A stretch of 64,000 nt of DNA, taken from Octopus vulgaris. Its lineage: Eukaryota. The position numbers and the translations under genes were made by a program. The notes below the pieces were generated by a model that saw only the letters and a program-made list of their open reading frames with translations, was not told the DNA's origin and did no database searches. The stretch covers positions 13,578,001 through 13,642,000 of the forward strand of contig OX597832.1 of NCBI GenBank assembly GCA_951406725.2. The letters are read 5' to 3'. This document shows, in pieces, positions 13,787 to 27,443 of the stretch (its first letter is position 1; each line of letters begins with the position of its first letter).

Positions 13787-16090
13787 TATATAGATAGATA
13801 TATAGATATATAGATATATATGCTTGTGTGTGTGTATATGTAAACTCATGCTAATATAAGCACACACCTATATTGGGCGGCAGAGAGATAGAATGAGAAT
13901 GAGAGAGCTATAGATGCATTTATATATTCATATATATATACACTTATATATAGATAAGCACACTCATACAAAGATCTAGGAGTCCGGTGGCCCCTTATCA
14001 CGAAACAGAATCTTAGAGGTATTGTTGTGATATTCAGTGTGTTACGGGTACGTTTAGACTTAATTGAACCGCTTCACATTCTTCTGAGATATTACACACT
14101 CACACACATTCGTATGTGTGCGTGTGTCTATAATTAGGCATTATCTCTAGATATGCGTGTGTGTGTGTGTGTGTGTGTGACGTCCTACGGAGGTCAATCT
14201 GTCAATTGCATTAGTATAAGCCTCGATGACATTTTTATAGATTTTTTACCTACTTAATACAATTATAAATAAAATTTGTTGCTTGTATGTATAATATATA
14301 GCACAAGGTTTGTTTAAGTATTAACCAGAAGCAGGAGATCAAATATTCTTAATCCTCGCATCATCATAAAATTACAATTTACATTATGCGAATCCAAAGA
14401 TATCTGCAAATATACTCTGTCTACAAGAAAGAGCTGCCGTAACTTCACCATATATTATTGTACAACAGTTAAGAAGGGAAGCGCACATTAAAAATTGTCG
14501 TCTCCGATAAAGAAGAAGAAGAAATGTTTACAACCGTGAAGCTTTTAAGAAAATTCTTCTTGATCGAACTATCCTGGCAGTAGCCTTAGCAACAATCAAA
14601 TTATATTACAGCGTGTGTTTTTTTATGTATTTATTCCATTACACTGTAAGAAAATCCATTAATATCACTCTTTTGAAAACCATCGAGGTTATTTGACGGA
14701 AAGGAAAAATTCGGTTCAGACTTGTGAACGCCACTAAATATAACAATGTTGTCGCTAGTATTGCTTAAACATGTTACGAATAGAATCTCCCCAATAACAA
14801 CAGGAAACTTTCCTCAGTCAGTTTTCAACATAAATTACACCCAATAAATCCCAGTTAACAAAACCTAGACTAATAGAGTATATAGTAGACAATGGCTGTT
14901 GTAATCGTGCAGAGAGACAAAATTCGAAACAGGGTGTTTGCGAACAAACGTATTAACTCCTAGAATCTTCAACTTTTGAAATAATACTGTAGAACCAAGT
15001 GCATCAACGTTTCATACAAGTAAATGTAATGACCACAAATGTGATTATAGTTTTAGTAGTTGAGTATTCAACAGATACTTTTGGCGTTAGGGTTAAGCTT
15101 CAGGTTTGATTATTGTGAATACGTGTATATAATTGTGTCATCGAGACTTGCATCAAATCTGAAATTGCATATTAGCCTTATACTGAAATTCCATCAGCGT
15201 TCTTAAATCATCTCGAGTCTTGAGAATAGGGAATAAGGAAACTAATTGTAATCCAAGTAGCGTGCTCGAAATTGAAACGAGTTTATTGAGAAGCATCAGC
15301 GGCACAATTCCCAGGTGTAATATAAATGGTATAATACATAACCTTAATATATAATATTAAAAGAAGAATGATATAACACCGGGGTATTGATAAAAACGAA
15401 AATTATACCTGCATTCACTGAGCAGTTCGAAAACGCATTTTTACATGACTACTGACAATTTTGAGAGCTGTCAATAAGAAACATCCCTCGTTTACCGACG
15501 GCCCAGTTTCATCCAGATATGAAGATGGATTCTACAATCAGGTTAACTTCCGTTATTGACACTGAGCAACTGCTAATGTTATATTTGATGAGCAGCATGG
15601 AATAAACTGCGAAATTTAGATTCCATTACATAATTTATCATGTGGAAAATAATTGGTATTTTTAGGGCATTGTTTGAGTGGTTTAGAGTTATACCTTGCA
15701 TGCAAATCATTATCTGATTATCATTGAGCAAAGGCGTGTAAATTAACACAAGAAGTGTATTTCTAGCTCCTTCAATATTCCACTAGGTTGTATTTGCGAG
15801 GTCGATAATATTTGCCTCTGGGTAGTTCATCCACTCAGATGAGAAATTTTATAAATTAATTAGTGCATACAGAATTTAGTACATCGGTATGTGAGTGAAT
15901 TAAATTTCAGCATCGGCAAAAAGAGGGAATTTTACATGTAAAAATAGATTTAATACTTTACATTAATGTGTGGAGTATCATGGAAGGCTATGTATGGATT
16001 CAATAACATATCTTACATAATTAACATGGAACGCATACGAACGTACACACATGTAACGTTGTATTTATGCATATATGTGTGAGTGTGTGC

Positions 16091-16141
<51 letters not shown>

Positions 16142-17465
16142 TATATTTATACATATCTATATTTCTAACTCTTTTCTTTCTTCCTTTCTATTTCTCTCTA
16201 TATATATATTTATGTATGTTGTATGTCTGTGTATTTCTCAGTGTATATATAAGTATGTATATACACACACACACACACACATATATATATGATACACACA
16301 TATATATGTGTAAACATGAACACACTGGTTCTATTTTCATAAGTGATATGTTTATCCAAAATGTAAGATGACCATCACTATACTGGATTGAATAAAGTTC
16401 AAGATACTCCACGTAAGTAATTAAAATAAATATAAGGTATATTCTTTGTCTCTTCCTTTTTCTTACATGATTTTAAATTTAAAACTTCTAGTTCTGCCAA
16501 ACATTATCTAGGAATGCATATCTCCTTTATATTAACTAGCCACCGAGATACAACGATTTTTGAAACAAAGAAGTGGAATATATTCTGATATACTGAGATG
16601 CGCAATAGTAATAAAGAATGTATTCCAAAGATTTTTGTGTAAATGAATATATCTGTCAGATAAATATTTATAGCTGGAAGCATACATTGTTTCTTAAATC
16701 ATATATAGCTTATTATGAAAGTGAGGGAAGAGGGATAACATCTAAAGCATGTATCAATATACAAATATTTACATGATATGGTTAATATCATTCAAGTTAT
16801 TGAGGCAATCATGATTGAATTGTTAGTGAATATTCAATTATCTATATGCACATATTCACTGGGCGTAATTTCTATAATCACAATGAGTTGCAGTGGTAAC
16901 TACCATAGAAACAGACTGACAAGGTCTTAACCTCCATATCATACATGATCTGTAGCATAAATAGGAATATAATTGAATACGAGCATGATTACGGCTTTAC
17001 CAAGTTCTTTTATAGACCAATGATCGCTCTACTTTGATAGCGATAAGGAGAAAATTGATAAATGTTTCCCTGGCTATGACATCACTTTATCTGATGTTAC
17101 ATTCTTTGATTACGTAGTACATGCTCTGTATAAATAGTTGAAATAAGGCAATTTGCAATAGCATGTTTTGATTTTACACATAAGTAAATTTACCGATGTG
17201 GATTCGCAACTCATAAATGTATCTAGCTAGACATCATTAAAAATGTTCTCGGTTTACAATGCCATCTGTCAACAGGATACATGAAGGGCAGTTCAGTCAC
17301 TTCGTTATCGTATTATTTTCTTTCAATTTTTTTTTTTCTTATTCGAACTGACACAAAAGAAAGCAAAAATTAAGTGGAATTATTTTATGAATTAAAAATG
17401 TGTTTCACAATAGTTATGTATCCAAAAGCACAAATGCACGTATATTCACCAACATAGGTACACTC

Positions 17466-17503
<38 letters not shown>

Positions 17504-17612
17504 TCCCCTAATAATGATAGTTTTGCGCCATGCCTACCCCCCAAAAAGTCCCCCACCACCACCCATTTAAACCTGCCTAAATGTATAAATGCCAAAACAA
17601 CTCTTGTCTACT

Positions 17613-17663
17613 AGCTTCCCGATGATTTCTTTTGAATGAAACAGTTCTAGTCCTGTAGAAGCT
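17613..17663 (+). ncRNA. Type I hammerhead-ribozyme-like motif with all three helices
   Basis: AGCTTC-CCGATGA-TTTC(TTTT)GAAT-GAAA-CAG(TTCTAGTC)CTG-TA-GAAGCT: 6-bp stem I, stem III and GUA site. Deviations are U4C and a U.U at the base of stem II. Confidence 0.65.
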
Positions 17664-17679
17664 CCTTCTATATAATAAT

Positions 17680-17719
<40 letters not shown>

Positions 17720-17755
17720 TATATATATATATGTGTGTGTGTGTGTACGTATGTT

Positions 17756-17842
<87 letters not shown>

Positions 17843-17847
<5 letters not shown>

Positions 17848-18392
17848 TCATAATTAAGGGCAAACGAAAAGATTTCTAATGCCAGATATGCCGAAAAATT
17901 GGACATATTTTCCATTAACCATATAACTTTTTCACAATATGCACGCTACTCGAAAAAAGGTCGACAGAAATTTCTAAAACATTCCATTATTACCATATCG
18001 GACCGATTTCAGGGTTAGCTTGTAACAGCCCTTCCTTCGTCAGTGATACATGTGGCAAAAGAAATAAATGAGATACTTACTCATACCCATGGAAGAAGCG
18101 AACACTAAGTCATGAGCACAAATAAGTACCCCAAATACATCCAAAATAGAAATACTCCAGCCCATTCGAGACACGTGCGATTAGAACTAATGCTCCCACA
18201 GAGTGAAAGAGTCCGGAAGTGAACGCTTAAATTTATATCTAATGAAGGATAAAATTATTTTCGAAAAACATATTCTTTTCTAAAAACACCTTATCAATGG
18301 CCAGCATATCAAAACATACCTTTAAAGGTTAAATCTATAAACAATTCATAATTAAGGGCAAACGAAAAAATTTCTAATGCCAGATATGCCGA
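17843..18392 (-). mobile_element. Non-coding ~498-bp unit with ~52-bp terminal direct repeat and hammerhead-like motif (retrozyme / non-autonomous PLE-like)
   Basis: ACAATTCATAATTAAGGGCAAACGAAAA(G/A)ATTTCTAATGCCAGATATGCCGA at 17843 and 18341. Minus 18048-17996: TATCA-CTGACGA-AGG...CCT-GAAA-TCG-GTC-CGATA. Flanked by TA runs. Confidence 0.65.
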
Positions 18393-18682
18393 TATATACA
18401 TATATTTATGAGTGAGTGCTAAAATGCTCCTGGCTGTAACGATATAGCGAAAGAACAGGAGGCCCAACCTTCCGAATTCTTTTACAGGGTATTGACAAAC
18501 TGAAGGATTGTGGAATGCGATTGTGATGTACCGAAGTTAATATTACTTTATTTGAAAGACTTGCGAGTTGGTGGCAAGTACTGCATCCGGACAAAGAAAA
18601 TCTAACCTCTAAAAATCTTGTCTGTCCCGTGGATGTATTGAACATTAATGATAATTTTGGTATTAATGGTGATGAAGATGAC

Positions 18683-18719
<37 letters not shown>

Positions 18720-19699
18720 GTTACAATATTTACGATGGGAATAGGAATGACATGAATCTACAACAGAAGGTCAGATGTATACGAAGTTATATATATCCCT
18801 TTTTCGTTACCACATAATATACTTTGTAATGGATGGAAATTTAATTGGTGCAAGGCCTCGATTTCTGTCCAAGAACCACATTTCCATGACAATACAACGA
18901 ATCCATTCTAGAATATTACTACAGGCCTAAACGTTTTTCTCGGTTTTATATTTTCTTCTTAAATTAATATTTATCTATTAATCCATAATGAATTCTTAAC
19001 GTAAAAATATTAAAAATACATCTGTTAAATTATATCGAGAGTAACATACTGAGGCTAGCTTCCACTCACCAACATAAAAGTACACGACACTATATATCTG
19101 TATCAATCTATGTATATATATATATATATGTATGTATAACACTCTATGCTCACACTCCTATATCTACATGTATCTATATTAATCAGTACACACATTATAT
19201 ATACACGAACTCTATATGCGTATACACAACTACAGCTATATCTCTAACTATACAACACAATTTCTTGATTTATTAAAATTGTATCTGAATCAAGAGGATC
19301 TATCCTAATTACCAAAATGGCAAGCACGACATATCCTCTTGCGAAGGGGAAATAATTTCCACAATCATGTATTCTAGAAAACTAACATAATATTAAGAAA
19401 ATGGTATAAACATATTTCTTATAGATGAAAGGGGATTCGTTGACGTATGTTTCGAGATTAGTAACCATCATCAGTAGCCAAGGGTCTTTACTGTACATGG
19501 AACTGAGGGCAAGCATATATGTTCTCGGTAATTTACATGATTTAGACAGAGGTGAGCAGAGTCCTTGGTTCATATACTGGTTATGTCTGTTTTAAAATCA
19601 CTGAAACTGAACCCTAAGGACCTTTCGTATAATTTTGCTTATCAGCTACTAGGTTCGGATTAAATGTTCATAGACTCATCAAGATACTCTCATGAAATG

Positions 19700-20440
19700 T
19701 GACCACTATAAGGTTAATTTTTTTCAACTTTCAACATAGCGCAGTTACTAAATCTCATTGGTGAAGAATCTTTTACCCTGTTGGTCAAAGCAGTCACTAA
19801 CAGCAGACACGACATCATCATTGCAAATATGGTTATCAGTCAAGTGCTTTTTCAAGTTGGGGTATATATGATAGTCAGATTTTACAAAATCGGAAGAACA
19901 TATACACACAAAATCTATCCATGCAACATAAGCTCTTGATTTACTGAGATTGCTTCTGACTCGAAAGGATCTATCACAATTACCAAAATGGCATTCACGA
20001 CACCTCCTGTTGAGAAGGGGTATCAGTCTTGTTCGCTTTTGATGAGGTGCAAGAGATGTGGCTTACTCCGAGCAGAAGTCTTTATCATGCCAAACTCATT
20101 GAGCAAAGTATTTACAACTCTCTCACAGGATATTCTAATAGCATTGACTATTTTATATTTAGTCAATCGCCTGCTATCCATCACCATGTGGTGAAGAAGA
20201 TCAATTATTTTTTCCCCATGATAGCAGTTGCAAGACGTCCAGACATTTGGTCGCCTTCAAGACAAACCCTTCCGCTCTGAATTTCAGCTGCCAATTTTCA
20301 AACTGTTGATAAACCTGAAGCGTCATACCCTAATGTAGCGACTATCTCAGCAGAAATTGCCTTAGAGACTAAAACATTTTTCCTGTCACTACTTGGTAAT
20401 CACAGCACGATGCCAAATTTTTGTGCATTTACATTTTCTC
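19700..20440 (-). mobile_element. Internally deleted mariner transposase remnant
   Basis: Minus gives N-terminal ISAEIVATLGYDASGLSTV...SGRLATA...HHMVMDSRRLT...ERVVNTLLNEFGMIKTSAR (20030-20400) and C-terminal PNLKKHLTDNHICNDDVVSAVSDCFDQQGKRFFTNEI (19750-19865). Confidence 0.8.
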
Positions 20441-21385
20441 CTATTTACATTTGAAGTTTTCTTTCAAGAAACAGTTAATACTGAAACAAAAATAAGCAGT
20501 TATTTATAAGAAGAGTTGAAATTAATGCTCGCAAGACTTCACCGCTCTTGCATTATTCATTCATCGTCAGCCTACGAACGTATCTCACCCTTGTATCGAT
20601 CTGATTATAAAATTGACTTTTAACTCTGACTATATTGCTTCTTCGATATTATTATCATTATTTCTACAGAATTCTACTGACATTTTTCTTTATAAAGTCC
20701 AGAGGGAAAACGAATTTAACTCCTGGGTTTTGTTTTCTAACTTTCGATAAATCCAGCCTACATGTTTGGACTATTGGATACTTCACAGAGTTCCTGAAAA
20801 TACTAAATTTTATCACATATTAAACCTGCACACTTCTACATTTAGTACTTCAACTATGATGTTACAAACAACAGGGGCTTTCTGGATTTTATTCCTTTAC
20901 TCCTTTTGTTTTATTGTTGCTTTGCTATCTTACCTCGAAATTCTGCACCATGCATCTTGTGTGGGAGAGGGGAAGAGGCTGTTTAAAATACTCTTTCCTG
21001 TATCAAAATACAACGGATGTATTCATACATACGTATGAATCGCGTTCTTTTCTGTCGTAGCATTACATGTATTTCTAATCTTCCACATCTTTTCTCCTAT
21101 TCATCTGAAAATATTTTGTCTTATTGTTCTTGAAGTCAGTGTCTAATTTTTCTATCTGGTTTTGTGGGTTCTTTTTATATTCGTATTTTCACTGCTGTTA
21201 TGACCGCTTTGTTCGGGATTTTGTATCGATCAGGTTGTTTCCAATAACCGTTCCGTCTCTATCCTTAATATCTCAATTCCTTATAGTAGACCTGACACAT
21301 TCTCTCAAGCATTCAAGCTGACGATCCCTTCATTTTTTTTGGCTTTGATGACTTATACATTTTTGCCTTTTTCATATCACGAGCT

Positions 21386-21553
21386 GCAGGAGTGGCTGTG
21401 TGGTAAGTAGCTTGCTAACCAACCACATGGTTCCGGGTTCAGTCCCACTGCTTAGCATCTCGGGCAAGTGACTTCTGCTATAGCCCCGGGCCGACCAATG
21501 CCTTGTGAGTGGATTTGGTAGACGGAAACTGAAAGAAGCCTGTCGTATATATG

Positions 21554-21588
<35 letters not shown>

Positions 21589-21806
21589 TTGTGTGTCTGT
21601 GTTTGTCCCCCTAGCATTGCTTGACAACCGATGCTGGTGTGTTTACGTCCCCGTCACTTAGCGGTTCGGCAAAAGAGACCGATAGAATAAGTACTGGGCT
21701 TACAAAGAATAAGTTCCGGGGTCGATTTGCTCAACTAAAGGCGGTGCTCCAGCATGGCCGCAGTCAAATGACTGAAACAAGTAAAAGAGAGTAAAAGAGA
21801 GTAAAG
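21386..21806 (+). mobile_element. SINE family A, near full length
   Basis: tRNA-like head, internal (TA)n(TG)n, 3' (GTAAAAGAGA)n tail. Confidence 0.9.
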
Positions 21807-21943
21807 TAGGCACGGAAACAAATTTTATATATATTTCATATTTTCAAGGCTGAATATTATATTTACATTGGCAACTTATTTACGTCCTTCTGCTCATTTA
21901 CTGCGATTACACATTTCAATTGACACTGCATGGCTGTCGCGTA

Positions 21944-22130
21944 ACTATAAGGTTTATTGCTCACCTTTCAACATAGCACATCTTGCAGTCGATGAAGTTC
22001 CGTGTTGCAGTGACTAAATCTCATTGTTGAAGAAGCTTTGATCCTGCTAGCCAAAACAGTCACCAACTGCATATATGACATAATCACTGCAAATCGGATT
22101 CTCAGTCAAGTGCTTTTTCATGTTAGAGCA
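21944..22130 (-). mobile_element. Mariner transposase C-terminal fragment (second copy)
   Basis: Aligns to 19705-19860. Minus reads SNMKKHLTENPICSDYVIYAVGDCFG*QDQSFFNNEI. Confidence 0.7.
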
Positions 22131-22287
22131 TATATGATCCCTAACTGGCACATCTCGCTCATTTTCATTCCCACACTTCGTCTAATGATATCTTTATATA
22201 TAAAAGTCAAGTTGTGTGACTGTCTCCAACGATTTAGATTCCTAACTACTCCCACATTTTGCGGTGCAGTTTAACCAAAACTGGGTA

Positions 22288-22584
22288 TCTTATAGTCGTG
22301 AGATCGAGCCTTTCTGGGTATTAGCGCGCGTCTACAATGAGTCTACGATTTTAAAAATAATTTACCATCATTTTTTTCCATTTTAATGCATTTTTTCACT
22401 ATTATATAAGGGAAGTGACTCTCTAAAAATGTCTACGATGAGTCAACGATTTAAAAAAAAAAATACCATCATTTTTTTTTCATTTTTAATGCATTGTTTT
22501 GCTATATTTTGGCTATAACTCTCTAAAAATGATTATATAGTTATTTCCCTTACAAACCCGAGCAACGCCGGGCGATACTGCTAG
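22288..22584 (+). mobile_element. Non-autonomous Helitron
   Basis: Starts A|TC, ends CCCG-AGCAACGC-CGGG hairpin then CTAG|T. Internal ~100-bp tandem duplication (22329-22530). Confidence 0.7.
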
Positions 22585-24503
22585 TTCGATATAAATGAAT
22601 AAAATATTTATTCCCGATTTTGAATTATATTTATGTACCATTGTTATTCAGATGAACAATGTGCTAGTATGTAGAAGTTTGTCATTTCATTGACCAATGT
22701 TTCTCTCTGATAGTGTTCAATGTACTTCAATTCCCTGTAAATATAGAGTTCATTAGAGTATTCTTCATAGGCACTCGTGATATTGTTTCCATCAACTTCA
22801 GATATTCTTAGTATCCTCTATTTCAAAAATAATCAGCATTGAGGGCTTTTGGTAAGGTTTTATCCGAAGGATATTAAGTAGCTACAAAATTATACTTGGG
22901 CACTTGCTAAAGGCTTATAGGAATGGGTTAAATAAGGAGACTTACTCAGTACTGATGTTCAGCAAGCTGGTGTTCGTTTTGTATTACTGATATTGAAGTT
23001 TCCGACTGGCTCCTCCAGCTCTTAGCAAAATTTCGACTGCCATTTTAAAAAATAAAATGTACCCCTATGTAACTCAAACTACATTTCAGCTTTTGCAGTT
23101 TTGGTGCGAAAAGTAGAGAAATTAATCGATGGTTATATTCCTCAAATATCACGTCCTGACCAGCATCTGTAGTTTACACATTGTGTTTGCGTTGTAATCA
23201 ATGTCTTTTTGCAGCTGCATACTATAACTTGCTTCTAGTTTAGAATTACAAAACTCTCTATCACAACATATAATGTAAGCTTTGAGTTACAGTGTAGAGG
23301 AGAATAGATCTATGGTTGTGTGTTTACAGACACCACTTCCCCTGGAGGTAAGTTTCATTATGATAATCAAATCTTGGTGGTAGAGTCCAAAATCAGTGCA
23401 TGATAATAGATAATTTGGAAAGCATTGGCTGAGGTTAATTTTGTCATTTTAAAATAATGAATTCGGTATTTTAAAATGACAGCAAAAAGTATTGAGAAGT
23501 ATTATGTTAGTTCTGTATAAAGGAGAGAAGAAATACAAAAACAAATATGAAAACATCTTGTAAAAGCAAGATGCTTTAGTAATAGGAACACAGTCACTCT
23601 CTCAAATATAGACGGACATACATACACATATATTCATAAACAAAAAGTGTATTTAATGCATGTTGTAGAATATATTTATCGCTAAGAAGTTATTGATTCA
23701 CGCCGTCTCTAAATGATTTTCACTCATTGTGAACCTTTCGCGACATTCTATTGTTATATATGACATAATCAGATTATTCCATTTCAGTTATCATATAATA
23801 TATGTCTCCTCACATCAAAGATAACCTTGTGCCTCAATCATATTTCGTGTTGAAAATATGGATTATTTATTATTATATCATTTCCATACAGACTGCACAC
23901 ATTTGTTTCATCTCCTACTTCAAAAATGAAGGCAGTAATCAATTTGAATATCTCAACAGACCGAATCTATAGAATTGAATGTTTGAATAATTAGCCGACT
24001 GCTTTGAATTTTCAAAGCTTATCATATACATTGCATTCTCTCCCTACTAACAAATCCATTACTGTTCGCATTGCTAGAAATAGTAGACTGATCTCCCTCA
24101 AGTCATATGTTATTATCCATCTGACGGCAAGATAAATAATGTGACAATTATTCTAATTATATAATCTATGAAGAAAGATATTCAAGGCAGTAAAATAGTC
24201 ACGGCTAGGAGATCTCTGTATGAATGTCCCCATAGCGTTAAGGAGAAAAAATTATTGTTCAATGTCGCTACACATTATGTCAAATATAATCTCTAGCTCA
24301 ATCAATACAGGAAAGATAATGATATTCTGATAAAGATTCGTTTGTAAGACTAGCTAGAAGTAATATTTGCTTTATAATCGGAAATAATTTATATGATAAA
24401 GTAAGAGAAATGATCCTCTAGCAAATGGACACCGATGTTTCCATAGTATATTTAAATAAGACTGACTGCTATTTTCAGAAATAGGAATATACCGTATATG
24501 AAT

Positions 24504-24548
<45 letters not shown>

Positions 24549-24789
24549 TGTGGATTGAGGCATCGCAAATTGTTTTAAAATTTTCATGAATTACACAATT
24601 TCCTCAATGAAGCCTTCGTACGGAAATATATTATTTATGTAATCGATCTACTTATTTTACTATTTTTCAAATTATTCGTATTGTTACACTTTCATAAATT
24701 CACTACTATATGCTTCTGCCTATCTTAATTTCATTTTATCATTACCTGAATAGATATTGAAAGCATCAAGGAAGACAATGGCAGAATAT

Positions 24790-25235
24790 ACAGGGTGGAC
24801 CAAAAAATTAATGAGAACAATGCGGTAATTCAAATCACGAACAGGATTTAGTTTATTCACTTTCTTTGACGCTGTCACACATTGATAAGTTTTGAAGGAA
24901 TACCATAATTTCCGTGGCACAAAATGATGCGGTGCCAGGTTCTCTGTGATAATTTTTTGATACTGTATTTTGTTGATTGTTACAAAGGAACTCCGAACGG
25001 TGTCTTTCAACTGATGGCTTTTCTGACATCGTTCATGAGAAACTCTCTCCTTGGTAATACCCCACCGAGCGTTATTGCAAGAAGTGAGGTCTGGACTGCT
25101 GGGAGGTCATTTGACAGGTGCTAGAAGTTGTTGTGATCCTTGGCCTATCCATCTATCCCGAAAAACTTTAAAGTATTCTCGGACAGTGAGAGTATAGTGG
25201 GGTGGGGCACCATCTTGTTGAAACCAACAATTACT
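24790..25235 (-). mobile_element. Tc1/mariner-superfamily transposase 3' fragment with one TIR
   Basis: Minus reads WFQQDGAPPHYTLTVREYFKVFRDRWIGQG...*PPSSPDLTSC..WG. TA-CAGGGTGGACCAAAA TIR-like end at ~24789. Confidence 0.8.
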
Positions 25236-25284
25236 CAGGTCAACATTTAACCTCTGGATCTGCGGAACAAACTTCATTTATCAA

Positions 25285-25620
25285 TTACTTGTTTCAGTCA
25301 TTGGACTGCGTCCATCGTACGACAGTACATTCAAAGGTTTTCGCCGAACAAGACTCCACGAGAACGAAAATAAACTGGTACTGGTTACGTAACCTTCATA
25401 CAGGATAGACACAAATACAAACATACACTGATACATACACATACGTACGTACGTATGTATGTGTGTATGTGTCTGTATGTTTGAATATACGATGGACTTC
25501 TTTCAATTTCAATCTACTAAGTCCACTCGCACGGCTCTGTGTTTTCTATAGTAGAAAACACTTTCCTAATCTGAACCGAAGACAATATTCTTGGGAAGCA
25601 AACTTATTACGATTATAGAA
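25285..25620 (-). mobile_element. Old degenerate SINE family A
   Basis: TACTTGTTTCAGTCATT tail and CTTCTTTCAATTTC..CTACTAAGTCCACTC core in reverse. Confidence 0.5.
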
Positions 25621-26768
25621 TGTATTTTTCTTTATTATTACTTTTTATTCAAATCACATGTCTGTAATTAAAAAATCACCATATTAATGCCATATTTTAC
25701 CTTCTAAAGTATGCACTAAAGTATGCACTATTAATTTTTGCACCAATCCTTTTCGATCTCCCTAAATGTCATTTAAATTGAAACGTCTTGTTCATTGTGT
25801 ATCTTTTGGCACATTTACAAATTTCTGCTTCCTCTTCGGTTAATAAGGTTTTCGTTTCCTCAATATATTTCTCGTTCTTTTGTCTCTCTTTTTATTCCTC
25901 CTCTTCTTACCCTTTCTTTTATCTTTCGACTGCTATACATTCCTTATTCTTGTTTTCTGTCTTTTGTCGCTCGTTTCTACTTTCTACTAAAACTACACAA
26001 TTATTGGTGCCAAAATCACTCGTGCAAATTTTGTTGGTCTAGGCCACTGGCTAATCTTTCCTGCAAAAAGGATTGAAACCAGTGTAAAACTCCTTGACTA
26101 CAACATGTTCTTCACTAGTATTGAAGACTTTTCAAATTTGTACAGTTTCTCATCTGGAGAGCAATGGAAACTTATTCATTTATTTATACATTTATATTGT
26201 ATTTGTAGACTATAATTTGTTACTATGTATATTTCTCGTCTTCTACATTGTTATCTGATGCAATCTTTGTATTTCCACGGAATTATAGGTAAATCAATGC
26301 ATTTTTTCTTGTCCACACACTGTACCAAAATGTATAGCGTGTTCAAAGCATTCTTTACAGCATCAGAAAGTTTTCTTTTAAAATCTTCCGAATATACTTA
26401 GAACAACTAGATAGCACACATCCACACACAATCACACAGAGAAAAGAATACGCGCACGTCCACACGCACGCGCACATTCAGAAATGCTTAGAAATAGTTC
26501 ATCAGAGATTTAACAGGATTTGTTCTAAGGTATTCTTCAATAACACAATTACCTATATTTATCTGAAGAGCGAAATAACGAAACCTTGTTGTATGAAAGA
26601 AACACAACTAATGCAAAGTAATACACAACTATACACTGAATACGAGGATAACTGTACAAGGGTACGATATGTAGCAAAATGGTGTATACGGTAAAATATA
26701 TAAATAAATGCACAGACTCACACGTAGATACAGGCTTATACATGTATATGAATACATATGCTTATATA

Positions 26769-27095
26769 TCTATATATATAAACGAGAACCCCCCCCCCCG
26801 TTCAATGGATGGTGCTGTGATGACAAACATGTACACCAAATTCTCTCAAAAAAACTTGTCCAACCGTCCCATAGACTTCCCCTTTGACAAACACTGATTT
26901 AACATAAATTTGAGACTCCAGTAAAAGAAGAAATAAAGAGAGACAGTTTTTCTGTTCCAAAGAAAACATGGTTTCCACGGCTTTATCGGTCGCAATCTTA
27001 CGTGGAATCGAGTTTTTGAAATTGTTTCAAGACTTGTACACGCCCTGATACCGTCGGTATCCACATACCAAATTTGAGCGCAATCGGATGGAGGA
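26769..27095 (+). mobile_element. Possible Helitron-like 5' fragment
   Basis: A|TCTATATATATAAA start and internal CATACCAAATTTGAGCGCAATCGG motif. No 3' CTAG end is visible. Confidence 0.35.
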
Positions 27096-27443
27096 TTAAA
27101 TAAGTACCAGTTATGACCTGGTGTCGATATTATCCACTTAATCCGTTTGCCTGTCCTTGATTGTCCTCTCTGTGTCTTGTGGGTAATAAAGAAATTGGTA
27201 TTTCGTCTGCTATTACGTTCTGAGTTCAAATTCCGCCGAGGTCGACTTTGACTTTCATCGTTTCGGGGTCGAAAAATTAATTTTCAGTTACGCACTGGGG
27301 TCGATGTAATCGACTTAATCCCCTTGTCTGTCCCTGTTCGTCCCCTCTATGTTTAGCCCCTTGTTGGCAATAAAGAAATAAGAAACGTTAGCACGCCGGG
27401 TAAATGCTTAACGTTATTTCGTCTGTCTTTACATTCTGAGTTC
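27096..27443 (+). mobile_element. SINE family B partial trimer
   Basis: Tail-to-internal junctions AAAGAAATT|GGTATTTCGTC (~27196) and AAAGAAATAAGAAA|CGTTAGCACG (~27386). Confidence 0.8.
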
